A stretch of 32,000 nucleotides of DNA from a bacterium (GTDB taxonomy: Bacteria > UBP7 > UBA6624 > JBBIMK01), in NCBI GenBank assembly GCA_037444445.1, contig JBBIMK010000010.1, positions 30,911 through 62,910 of the forward strand. Reading direction: 5' to 3'. The position numbers and the translations under genes were made by a program. The notes under the pieces were generated by a model. That model was given only the letters and a program-made list of their open reading frames with translations. It was not told the DNA's origin and did no database searches. Positions 9,164 to 17,739 of the stretch are shown in pieces (the first letter of the stretch is position 1; each line of letters starts with the position of its first letter).

Positions 9164-9955
9164 TTATACCTGAACGGTGAGGGACTCCAGGGCAACCTCT
9201 GCTGCGCGCTTTCCGCTCAACAGCATGGCGCCGAATGTAGGACCCATTCTCGGTAGCCCGAAGGTTTCCGCCACGCTCATCCCCGTCGCAATCAAGCCCG
9301 GATAAACCTCTCCGGTGTGCTCCACCACCAGGTCTTCGCTGGCTTCCACCCACATTCCACCCAGGCCCTTAGTCTTTAGCAGTCCGTGCTGTTCCGCTTT
9401 TCGGATGACGGAGGCTTCATGACCCGTGGCGTCAATAATCATTCTGGATTCCAGTGCAATGGGGTCCACGCAGGTAATTTCACGGGGCAAGCCGCGGACG
9501 GGGGTCCAGTTCACGACGACGCCGGCGATGCGGCCATTGCGAACCACGATGTCCTCCGCCATCGTGAGTTGAATAAACTTCACTCCCGCCTCGCAGGCGG
9601 AGGCAATGAGTTTGGAGCAAGCATGGGGACCGTCTGCCACCAGGAGCCCTTTCTTATACTCTTGAAATGGGACGCCAATCTCGGTAAGAATTTCATCCGC
9701 CGGGGCGCGGAAGGTGACCTTATTCATAAAGTAGCCACCGATCCAGAACCCCCCGCCCAGATAGTTATTCCGCTCTAAAATCAGAGTGTTCAGCCCGGCT
9801 TTGGCCAGTTCACGACCCGCCATCAATCCCGATGGACCCGCACCCACCACTATCACATCCGAATCAATGGCTTGATTCAGAATTTTCGTAAATCCCTCCA
9901 GGATTGCCCGGGTCACATCTCGCTCCCCGATTTTTGCAAATTTGTCCATCTCCAA
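9164..9955 (-). CDS. thi4: Thiazole synthase, Thi4 family (ADP-thiazole synthase)
   Basis: The product has the FAD/NAD fold 'VIVVGAGPSGLMAGRELAKAG', then 'LERNNYLGGGFWIGG', 'VVVNWTPV...CVDP', 'IDATGHEA' and 'GLPRMGPTFGAMLLSG'. All of these are collinear with eukaryotic and archaeal THI4. Confidence 0.9.
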   Translation of the reverse strand: MEMDKFAKIGERDVTRAILEGFTKILNQAIDSDVIVVGAGPSGLMAGRELAKAGLNTLILERNNYLGGGFWIGGYFMNKVTFRAPADEILTEIGVPFQEYKKGLLVADGPHACSKLIASACEAGVKFIQLTMAEDIVVRNGRIAGVVVNWTPVRGLPREITCVDPIALESRMIIDATGHEASVIRKAEQHGLLKTKGLGGMWVEASEDLVVEHTGEVYPGLIATGMSVAETFGLPRMGPTFGAMLLSGKRAAEVALESLTVQV

Positions 9956-9964
9956 TATCCCTCC

Positions 9965-10582
9965 TTATGGATTTTCTTGCTGAAATTTCACTCCATCCGA
10001 TGTGGTGATGATGCCCTGATAGAGGAAAGAAACCTGGCGGATTGTAGATTGCTGGTCAAACTCGTTCAGTGCGGCGCAGGCATCGGCTGGCATCACCACC
10101 TGGAACCATCGCAGGGCGGAACTTCCCGCGGTGTGAAGAACGCAAATATTGGAAACTGTCCCGCAGAACACCAGATACTGAATGTTTTTCAATCGTAGAA
10201 GATGCTCCAGAGGAGTGCCATAGAAAGCGTCATATCGCAATTTTTTGACCGTGGGTTCATCCGGGCCTGGCTGGAGTTCCCGGATGATTTCCGCCCCCCA
10301 GGTTCCTGCTACAGCGTGAACGGGCCAGATTTTAAACTCCGGGTCGTCCTTCGCATGCCAGTCCTGGGTGAATACCACGGTAGCACCACCTCTTCTCGCT
10401 TTCTTTAGCAGTCTGACGATGGCGGGAATGGCAGATTTCGTGGAGGGAACATAAAGGCTCCCCTCCGGGTGGGCAAAATCGTTCTGCATATCCACCACAA
10501 TCAAGGCGGTTTCTTTCGCAGGGAGTTTCACCTCTTTCACACTTTTATATTCTGGAACGGTCAGGAGTTTTGGCTTGCTCAT
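9965..10582 (-). CDS. pncA: Nicotinamidase/pyrazinamidase (isochorismatase superfamily)
   Basis: It has '[11 protein letters not shown]' (catalytic Asp), 'TQDWHAKDD' and '[13 protein letters not shown]' (metal site), 'VKKLRYDAF' (Lys) and '[12 protein letters not shown]' (nucleophilic Cys). The start overlaps the thiC stop as ATGA (10579-10582). Confidence 0.8.
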   Translation of the reverse strand: MSKPKLLTVPEYKSVKEVKLPAKETALIVVDMQNDFAHPEGSLYVPSTKSAIPAIVRLLKKARRGGATVVFTQDWHAKDDPEFKIWPVHAVAGTWGAEIIRELQPGPDEPTVKKLRYDAFYGTPLEHLLRLKNIQYLVFCGTVSNICVLHTAGSSALRWFQVVMPADACAALNEFDQQSTIRQVSFLYQGIITTSDGVKFQQENP

Positions 10583-11946
10583 AATTCCTCCATCCTGTGG
10601 GCTTGTGCGAGGAGGTGCTGTTTTTCTTCCGCGTCAGTCATTTTCCGAATATCCTGCGTCATTTTCATGGGGCAGAATTTGGGACCGCACATAGAGCAGA
10701 AGGGGGCGGTTTTGAAGTACTCATCCGCCAGCGTTTCGTCGTGATAAACCCGGGCTCGTTCCGGGTCAAGAGCCAGTCGGAACTGCTCCTCCCAGTCAAA
10801 TTGAAACCTGGCTTTTGATAGCAGGTCATCGCGGAATCGTGCTCCTTTTCTGCCCCGGGCGATGTCTGCTGCATGGGCTGCAATCTTGAATGCGATGATA
10901 CCCTGCCGAACATCCTCCACATTGGGTAACCCCAGGTGTTCTTTGGGGGTGATGTAGCAGAGAAGTGCAGCCCCCGCAGCCCCCGCCACAGTGGCCCCTA
11001 TGGCACCCGTAATATGGTCATATCCGGGCGCAATGTCCGTCACCAGAGGACCCAGAACATAAAACGGCGCCTCGTGGCACCACTCCATCTGTTTCTTTAC
11101 ATTCATCTCAATAAGATGGAAGGGGATATGCCCGGGTCCTTCAATCATCACCTGAACATCTTTCTCCCAGGCGCGAAGGGTCAATTCGCCCAGGGTCTTG
11201 AGTTCAGCGAATTGGGCAGAATCGTTGGCATCTGCGAGACAGCCGGGGCGAAGCCCATCGCCGGCGCTGATGGTCACATCGTGCCGTCGGCAGATGTCCA
11301 GAATCCGGTCAAAGTTCTCATACAACGGGTTCTGGCGATTGTGAATCATCATCCAGTGAGCGAGGATACCTCCACCCCGACTCACGATACCGGTGAGCCG
11401 ATGGGCAGTCAAAGGAATATATTCTTTCAGCACACCGATATGAAGAGTCATATAATCTACACCTTGCTGAGCCTGAAACTGTATGATGTCCAGAATTAAC
11501 TCCGGGGTAATTTTCTCCACACTCCCCGCTTCATAGAGGACCTGATAGATAGGAACGGTTCCCACGGGTAGAGGACTTTTTTTTACTACCATCTCCCGAA
11601 TCTCATTGATATTCTTCCCATCGGAAAGGTCCATCACGGTGTCAGAGCCATAATGAATCGCTATGTGAAGTTTTTCCAGCTCTTCCTCCAGGGAAGAAGT
11701 GGTGGGGGATGCACCGAAGTTGGTGTTGATTTTGCACCGGAAATTCATTCCGATGACCGTGGGTTCCAGGCGGGTGTGGTGGATATTGGCAGGGATGACC
11801 GCCCGCCCTCGCGCCACCTCGCTCCGGACAAGTTCTGGCTCCACTCCCTCCCGCTCGGCGCAGGACTTCATCGCCTGCGTGATGATGCCTTTCCGAGCAT
11901 AGTGCATCTGCGTTACACATCGCTCCTTCCCATTTATCAAACCCAT
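10579..11946 (-). CDS. thiC: Phosphomethylpyrimidine synthase ThiC (radical SAM)
   Basis: The 455-aa product has 'IPANIHH', 'VSRGG' and 'MIEGPGH', plus the C-terminal Fe-S motif '[12 protein letters not shown]'. The SD GGAGGGG lies ~9 nt upstream of the ATG. Confidence 0.97.
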   Translation of the reverse strand: MGLINGKERCVTQMHYARKGIITQAMKSCAEREGVEPELVRSEVARGRAVIPANIHHTRLEPTVIGMNFRCKINTNFGASPTTSSLEEELEKLHIAIHYGSDTVMDLSDGKNINEIREMVVKKSPLPVGTVPIYQVLYEAGSVEKITPELILDIIQFQAQQGVDYMTLHIGVLKEYIPLTAHRLTGIVSRGGGILAHWMMIHNRQNPLYENFDRILDICRRHDVTISAGDGLRPGCLADANDSAQFAELKTLGELTLRAWEKDVQVMIEGPGHIPFHLIEMNVKKQMEWCHEAPFYVLGPLVTDIAPGYDHITGAIGATVAGAAGAALLCYITPKEHLGLPNVEDVRQGIIAFKIAAHAADIARGRKGARFRDDLLSKARFQFDWEEQFRLALDPERARVYHDETLADEYFKTAPFCSMCGPKFCPMKMTQDIRKMTDAEEKQHLLAQAHRMEEL

Positions 11947-12032
11947 ATCTGCTTTCCCCTCCTGAGGTAATATCCCTTCATCTCATTTCTTTTCTTTTTG
12001 GGGCATTCCGGGGAAGTGTGAGGAGAAACTCT

Positions 12033-12130
12033 GGCACCTTCCCTCCGCCGGTATTATCCGGATCAGGTTCCAGGGGTCATCCCACTCCAAACTGCGCAGG
12101 ACTTCTCAGCACTCAGGCTCCCCCGGTGCC
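12033..12130 (-). promoter_or_regulatory. TPP (THI-box) riboswitch in the thiC leader
   Basis: The minus strand reads GGCACCGGGGGAGCCUGAGUGCUGAGAAGUCCUGCGCAGUUUGGAGUGGGAUGACCCCUGGAACCUGAUCCGGAUAAUACCGGCGGAGGGAAGGUGCC. P1 is GGCACC/GGUGCC. The conserved CUGAGA, ACCC and ACCUGAUCCGGAUAAUACCGGCG..GGGAA elements are all present. Confidence 0.9.
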
Positions 12131-12137
12131 CACCTTA

Positions 12138-12166
12138 AATATAACACAAAAATTGCCGCCCTGCAA
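12138..12166 (-). promoter_or_regulatory. Promoter of the riboswitch-thiC-pncA-thi4 transcript
   Basis: On the minus strand: TTGCAG (12166-12161), a 17-nt spacer, then TGtTATATT with the -10 hexamer at 12143-12138. It ends 7 nt upstream of riboswitch P1. Confidence 0.5.
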
Positions 12167-12310
12167 AGGGGAGTTCTCACCCGGCGATTTTACGGGAACT
12201 TCCCTGAAAGTTTGGTGCAGGGAACAATGCTGCGTCCCGCAGGAAAAGCATCTAATAGAAAGAAGTATTTGCCCCTGAACGGTTTTAAGCAATTGATGGG
12301 AGTAATCCTT

Positions 12311-12894
12311 TTAACCCGCTGGCAGTGGCATCTCCTTGCCGGGCGATAACGCTAACACCCGTCGGGTAAGTTCTGATTCCGGCATGGCTTCCTTGCCTGG
12401 CTGAATCCACCGGAGATAATGCATGCGTGCAAACATCAGAATCATACCCTTACCCACTATTTCTCTCTTCAGGTCGTTCAAAGGGCAGCGCACCTGCAAA
12501 AATTCCCACTCACCCAGTTGAGGGTATCATTTGTTCTGGCATCAGGAGGCGGAACATCTCGGGAAGCCTCACCCATCCGGGTCCAGATTCCGGGAATATA
12601 GAGGTTTTTCGCAAAGGGTCTACAAAAAGCGCCCGGATATCTGCTCCTCCCTTTCGGAAACTTCTCTTTCACCAGCGTATCTGTCTGAATGAGTGCATCC
12701 CGGTTCCGAGAATACACGACACAATAAACACCCGCCTGATTATCTGGAATACCGCATGCGGATGTTTCAGGGTGCCTTTCACATAAACCCGGATTATATG
12801 CACGGGTATGGGTGGGCGCCCCTGAAAGAGGCACTGACACGCATCCGGAGTGAAGCAGAAAATCTCCGCCGCTCCCCTCCATAATTCTTTCCAT
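12311..12894 (-). pseudogene. Unassigned ORF pair (138 aa + 62 aa); possibly one frameshifted gene of ~194 aa
   Basis: ORF 12894->12478 has coding-like purine-rich first codon positions. ORF 12499->12311 is in the -1 frame, which is open from 12526. The two frames overlap across a T5 run (plus-strand A5 at 12498-12502). I recognise no family. Confidence 0.3.
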
Positions 12895-12977
12895 TTCTCC
12901 AGATGACCTCCACTTTTATTTCTACACGGATTTGTAACTTTCAGTATTGACATTATTGGATATGACTTCACAACCTG

Positions 12978-12986
12978 TGTTACAAT
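12978..12986 (+). promoter_or_regulatory. Extended -10 element upstream of lemA
   Basis: TGtTACAAT lies 25 nt upstream of the lemA ATG. Only a weak -35 (TGGATA at an 18-nt spacer) is present. Confidence 0.35.
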
Positions 12987-13011
12987 ATAGAGCAGTGCGG
13001 AGGTGGAAGAT

Positions 13012-13566
13012 ATGATGGGGGTCTGGATACTTCTGGGCGTGGCGGTGCTGGTGGTTCTCTGGTGGATTACCACTTATAACCGGCTGATACGGCTTCGGCT
13101 GATGACGGGGAATGCCTGGAGCGATATAGATGTGCAGTTAAAGCGTCGCCACGACCTGATACCCAATGTGGTGGAGACGGTGAAAGGCTACGCCGCTCAT
13201 GAGCGCACCACTTTTGAGAGGGTGGTGGAAGCCAGGACGGCGGCTATGGGCGCTTCCACTCCCGCTCAGCGGGCGGAGGCGGAGAATATCCTTACCGGGG
13301 CTTTGAAGTCCCTTTTCGCCCTCGCTGAAAATTACCCCGCTCTCAGGGCCAGCGAAAATTTTATGAACCTTCAGGGTCAGTTGTCGCAGATTGAGGAGGC
13401 GATACAAAACGCCAGACGGTATTACAACGCGGTCGTCCGGGATTATAACAGTCTCACTCAATACTTCCCATCCAGCATCGTGGCAAATACGGGCGGGTTC
13501 CGACCGGCGGAGTATTTCCAGCTCCCCTCGGAAGCCGAGCGAGAAGCCCCGAAAGTGCAGTTTTGA
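13012..13566 (+). CDS. lemA: LemA family membrane protein
   Basis: It has an N-terminal TM helix and then 'YNRLIRLRL..NAWSDIDVQLKRRHDLIPNVVETVKGYAAHE', which is characteristic of LemA. I prefer the ATG at 13012, which sits 5 nt after GGAGGTGG, over the GTG at 13003 in the ORF track. Confidence 0.9.
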   Translation: MMGVWILLGVAVLVVLWWITTYNRLIRLRLMTGNAWSDIDVQLKRRHDLIPNVVETVKGYAAHERTTFERVVEARTAAMGASTPAQRAEAENILTGALKSLFALAENYPALRASENFMNLQGQLSQIEEAIQNARRYYNAVVRDYNSLTQYFPSSIVANTGGFRPAEYFQLPSEAEREAPKVQF

Positions 13567-13614
13567 TGCGAAACCTCTTCTGTTCACATAAGCCAGAAGA
13601 GGGGAAAGGGTGAG

Positions 13615-15366
13615 ATGAGGAGGATGAAGGGATTTAGCCGGTGGTTATTCTTTCTTTTTCTTGTTTTCCTGATTTATCCATTTTCTGCCTTCGGGGAAAG
13701 TATTCGGGAGTTCTCACTGGAACTGGCACTGGACGCCAGCGGGCGGTGGCTGGTCACCGAGCACATCACCTGGGACTTTGAGGATGAGTGGAGGCACGGC
13801 ATCATTCGCCACATTCCCGTTTCATACCAGCGAAACGGATTCCGGTATCGTATCCGTCTGAAAGTGGTGAAAGTAACGGATGAAGACGGGCGACCCTATC
13901 GGTATAAGGTATATACCTCTGGGGGAAAAGTGCACATCAAGATTGGCGACCCGGAGAAAACCATCACCGGCGCACACCGGTACAACATTCAATATACGGT
14001 TCAGCGGGCGGTAGGCTTCTTCCCCACCTACGATGAAATCTACTGGAATGTGACCGGCGTGGAAAATGAAGTCCCTATCCATCAGGCAGAAAGCAGGTTT
14101 TATACTCTCTTCCCGGTGCAAAGAAATCTGGCAGATTCTGTTTGCTACACTGGGGCTTACGGAAGCGAACTCCAGAACTGCCGGAGGGAGATATTCTATG
14201 GTGAGCGGGGGCTCATTCTTACCGTCTCCACCGGCTACCTCTCCCCGAGAGAGGGGCTCACGGTGGCGTTAAAACTCCCGAAGGGGCTGATTCAGAAGCC
14301 CTCTTCGGCACAGGCTTTAACTTACTTTCTGGCCGACAACTGGTATCTCCTTCTTCCCATTTTTGTACTCATCGGGATGCTGTATTTCTGGGGGCAATAT
14401 GGGAAGGAGTTGCCCCTTCCACCGATAGCGGTTCAGTACGAGCCGCCCGCCGGGTTTACCCCGGGGGAGATAGGCGTCGTTGTGGACGAAAGGGCCGATA
14501 TTATAGACATTACTTCCTCACTCATTGACCTCGCTGTAAAAGGATATATCAAAATTCGGGAGGTGGAATCCACCCGGTTCCTCTTCTTTACTTCCAGGGA
14601 TTATGAATTCATCCTGTTAAAATCGGTGGAGCAGGATGAACAATTGAAAGACCATGAACGGTATATTTTACGAGGAATTTTCGGGGTGGCAGGAAAGCCT
14701 GGGACCTCTGTTTTCCTTTCCTCTCTTCGGAACCAATTTTATGTCCACCTGCCGAAAATCCGGGATGCGCTGTATTCCGAAGTGGTGGAGGCGGGGATAT
14801 TTGAGGGCAACCCACAGGCTGTGCGGGTAACGTGGCTGGTAGGGGGGATTGTTTTCTTCTCTCTTATCGGCTTTCTTGCCTTTTATTTCTGGCAAAACCC
14901 GGTGGTTATCATCCCCAGTGGTGTCTCTGCGCTCATCGTAGTGGGTTTCTCGTACCTCATGCCGCGAAAGCCTTTTCGCGGAGTAGAAGTATTGGCTCTC
15001 ATACTGGGGTTCAAAGAGTTTCTCGTCCGGGTGGAAAAGGACCATTTAGAGCGGATGCACCGGGAAGACCCTCTGCTATTTGATAAATATCTGCCCTATG
15101 CCATGGTGCTGGGTGTAGCGGATGAATGGGCAGAGCACTTTCGGGATTTATACCGCGACCCTCCCTCCTGGTATGAGTCCCCTGATTATGCAGGAGGGTT
15201 TTACCCGGTGGCATTTGTTCACGATTTAGGGCGAGGGCTGAACACAATGGGCGCCACGCTGAGCAGTGTGCCCTCGCGGGTCGGGGCGGGCGGCGGAGGG
15301 AGTGCCTTCGGCGGTGGCGGGTTCTCCGGGGGCGGTTTCGGCGGCGGCGGCACTTCCTCCTGGTGA
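13615..15366 (+). CDS. DUF2207 domain-containing membrane protein
   Basis: The protein has a signal/TM segment, a ~220-aa N-terminal domain, several TM helices and a Gly-rich tail 'GAGGGGSAFGGGGFSGGGFGGGGTSSW'. It has the usual position directly downstream of lemA. Confidence 0.8.
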   Translation: MRRMKGFSRWLFFLFLVFLIYPFSAFGESIREFSLELALDASGRWLVTEHITWDFEDEWRHGIIRHIPVSYQRNGFRYRIRLKVVKVTDEDGRPYRYKVYTSGGKVHIKIGDPEKTITGAHRYNIQYTVQRAVGFFPTYDEIYWNVTGVENEVPIHQAESRFYTLFPVQRNLADSVCYTGAYGSELQNCRREIFYGERGLILTVSTGYLSPREGLTVALKLPKGLIQKPSSAQALTYFLADNWYLLLPIFVLIGMLYFWGQYGKELPLPPIAVQYEPPAGFTPGEIGVVVDERADIIDITSSLIDLAVKGYIKIREVESTRFLFFTSRDYEFILLKSVEQDEQLKDHERYILRGIFGVAGKPGTSVFLSSLRNQFYVHLPKIRDALYSEVVEAGIFEGNPQAVRVTWLVGGIVFFSLIGFLAFYFWQNPVVIIPSGVSALIVVGFSYLMPRKPFRGVEVLALILGFKEFLVRVEKDHLERMHREDPLLFDKYLPYAMVLGVADEWAEHFRDLYRDPPSWYESPDYAGGFYPVAFVHDLGRGLNTMGATLSSVPSRVGAGGGGSAFGGGGFSGGGFGGGGTSSW

Positions 15367-15384
15367 GGAGCGGTTCGTAAACCC

Positions 15385-16566
15385 CTACACGGGGGAGATG
15401 GCACGGCACAGTTCCACGGCTTTGTGCCGCGCCCAGTGGTCGGTGGTGAATATGGAATCTATATCAAAAGTTCTGGGGGTTTCACCTTTTTCAAACTCTA
15501 TCAGGGTTTGCTCTATCACCCGGGGAATATCGGTGAAAGAGATTTGCTCCTGCAAGAAGAGACTGACCGCAACCTCATTGGCGGCGTTCATAACTGCAGG
15601 ATACAACCCGCCTTTTTCCGCTGCCTTTCTGGCAATCTGATAGCAGGGAAAGCGCTGGGGGTCTATTTCAAAGAATGTTAAAGTGCCCACCTCGGTTAAA
15701 TTTAACGAAGGTAAAGGGGAAGGGATACGCTCGGGATAACTTAAAGCGTAAAGGATGGCTCCCCGCATGTCGGGGACGCTCATCTGTGCCAGAACGGATT
15801 TATCCACAAATTCCACCATAGAGTGGACGATGCTTTGCGGGTGAATCACTGCATCAATCTGAGAGTAGGGAATCTGGAATAAGTGGTGGGCTTCAATAAT
15901 TTCCTGGCCTTTATTCATCAGGGTGGCGGAGTTGACGGTGACCAGAGGACCCATCTTCCAGTTGGGGTGAGAAAGAGCGTCCGTGGGTTTTACATACTTC
16001 AGTTGAGTCAAGGAGAGGGAGAGGAAGGGACCTCCGGAGGCAGTGAGGAGCAGACGATTCACATAGGGGGTTTCTCTTCCCTGGAGGACCTGGAAGATGG
16101 CGGAGTGTTCGCTATCCACCGGGAGAATCTGGGCGCCGGAAGAGCGGGCGGTTTTCATCATCAGTTCCCCCATGGACACCAGGCTTTCTTTATTCGCCAG
16201 GGCAACGGTTTTCCCAGCCTTCACGGCGGCGAAAGTGGGCTTCAACGCCGAAGTCCCTGCAATGCCCGAGAGCACTACATCTACCTCCGGAGCAGTGGAT
16301 AGGGCTTCCACTCCTTCATCGCTCCATAGCACTTCCACCTCTGGCGTTAACAGATTTTTCAATTCCAGAGCAGCACTTCGGCTGTACACCGCTACCTTTT
16401 TGGGCTGGTAGCGAGCCACCTGCTCCAGCAGGTCCTCTACATTTTTCCCGTAAGCCACCAGCCCATAGAGGCGATATCTCTCCCGAATGGCGGTTTCATC
16501 AAATAAAGCCAGCGCCTGCCGGCCGATGGACCCGGTGGAGCCTAAAATCAATAAATTTTTCATCAC
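15385..16566 (-). CDS. dxr: 1-deoxy-D-xylulose 5-phosphate reductoisomerase
   Basis: 'ILGSTGSIGRQAL', 'LANKESLV', 'PVDSEHSAIFQ', 'HPNWKMG', 'NKGQEIIEAHHLF'. Confidence 0.95.
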   Translation of the reverse strand: MMKNLLILGSTGSIGRQALALFDETAIRERYRLYGLVAYGKNVEDLLEQVARYQPKKVAVYSRSAALELKNLLTPEVEVLWSDEGVEALSTAPEVDVVLSGIAGTSALKPTFAAVKAGKTVALANKESLVSMGELMMKTARSSGAQILPVDSEHSAIFQVLQGRETPYVNRLLLTASGGPFLSLSLTQLKYVKPTDALSHPNWKMGPLVTVNSATLMNKGQEIIEAHHLFQIPYSQIDAVIHPQSIVHSMVEFVDKSVLAQMSVPDMRGAILYALSYPERIPSPLPSLNLTEVGTLTFFEIDPQRFPCYQIARKAAEKGGLYPAVMNAANEVAVSLFLQEQISFTDIPRVIEQTLIEFEKGETPRTFDIDSIFTTDHWARHKAVELCRAISPV

Positions 16567-16697
16567 CGCCTTTATTTTATCATACTTCTTTCATTGTGGG
16601 CAACCCGGCTGGAATGTGGGGTGTGGAGGGCAGGGTGCGGAATGCGTACTTCAGGCTTTGTATATGGTTATAGAATTAGGATAGGGGTGAAAAGGAA

Positions 16698-17615
16698 ATG
16701 AAGGTTTTCGTGACAGGCGGGACGGGGTTCATCGGGAGGGAAGTGGTGAGAAGTCTACTGGAGGGGCTACATTCTGTAACGGTAGCCACGAGGAGTGTAG
16801 AGAGGGCAAAGGGGCGTTGCCCTTCACAGGTGGCTCTCTTTCTCTGGGATGCCCGGACTCCGGAGCCGTTGGTTCCTATGATGGAATCCCACGATGCAGT
16901 GGTTCACCTGGCGGGCGAAAGCATCGGAGCCCGGTGGACGCCCGGGCTGATGGAGCGCGCCCGAACCTCCCGGGTGGACAGCACGAGAGCCATTACTCAA
17001 GCCATTCAGGCGGCGAAAGTGCGTCCTTCAGTTTTTCTCCAGGCTTCCGCCACCGGCTACTATGGAATTCGGGGAGATGAAGAGGTGGATGAATCTTCTG
17101 CGCCCGGGAAGGATTTCCTGGCGAGGCTCTGTCAGGAGTGGGAAGGCGCCAGCGTCAGGTTATCAGAACTCGGGGTCCGGCGGATTGTGGCACGGATTGG
17201 CATCGTGCTTTCTGCGAAAGGGGGAGGGCTGAAAAAGATGCTGTTGCCTTTCAAACTCGGGCTGGGCGGACCTCTCGGTTCCGGTGAGCAGTGGTGGTCC
17301 TGGATTACTCTGAAAGATGTCGCAGAGGCTATCCTCTACCTGTTGAAAAACGATAGAGCGGAAGGGATATTCAATGTTACCGCCCCGGAACCGGTGCGAA
17401 ATATAGAGTTCACTAAAACGCTGGCGAGGATGTTGCACCGCCCTGCTTTCTTCCCTGTTCCCCACTTCGCTTTACGCCTTATTTTCGGAGAGATGGCGGA
17501 TGTTCTGCTACTGAACGGGCAGAGGGCAATTCCAAAACGCCTGCAATCCCTGAATTATTTCTTCCAGCATCCGAGGCTGGAAGCGGGGCTCTCGCATGCT
17601 CTCTCCGACAGATAA
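16698..17615 (+). CDS. TIGR01777-type NAD-dependent epimerase-family protein (YfcH/SDR39U1-like, with C-terminal DUF1731)
   Basis: It has the Rossmann motif 'VFVTGGTGFIG' and 'VVHLAGESI'. The C-terminal segment 'PAFFPVPHFALRLIFGEMADVLLLNGQRAIPKRL' is typical of DUF1731. Confidence 0.8.
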   Translation: MKVFVTGGTGFIGREVVRSLLEGLHSVTVATRSVERAKGRCPSQVALFLWDARTPEPLVPMMESHDAVVHLAGESIGARWTPGLMERARTSRVDSTRAITQAIQAAKVRPSVFLQASATGYYGIRGDEEVDESSAPGKDFLARLCQEWEGASVRLSELGVRRIVARIGIVLSAKGGGLKKMLLPFKLGLGGPLGSGEQWWSWITLKDVAEAILYLLKNDRAEGIFNVTAPEPVRNIEFTKTLARMLHRPAFFPVPHFALRLIFGEMADVLLLNGQRAIPKRLQSLNYFFQHPRLEAGLSHALSDR

Positions 17616-17739
17616 CGGGCGCAGGTTTGTAGCAGCCCCGCTGAAATACGGCCATGATTTCGCCGCTGGTTCAGAATGACGGGCGGGAGGATAACGGTTC
17701 AAAAATTTGATGTATAATGAGGTAGGCAGGGGATAGAGT

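Noticed and set aside
12669-13073. A 134-aa minus-strand ORF overlaps the lemA start.
   Set aside because: It runs through the lemA promoter, SD and first 20 codons, and its Ser/Thr/Ile-rich sequence looks non-genuine.
15011-15409. ORFs lie antisense or out of frame over the Gly-rich tail of the DUF2207 gene (132 aa, 61 aa and 124 aa).
   Set aside because: They are artefacts of the GGC/GGG-rich repeat, which stays open in several frames. They give Arg/Pro-rich products.
17616-17739. I asked whether a purine or ZTP riboswitch lies upstream of purF.
   Set aside because: A TATAAT at 17713-17718 leaves only a ~20-nt leader, and no pfl/ZTP or purine-aptamer consensus elements are present.
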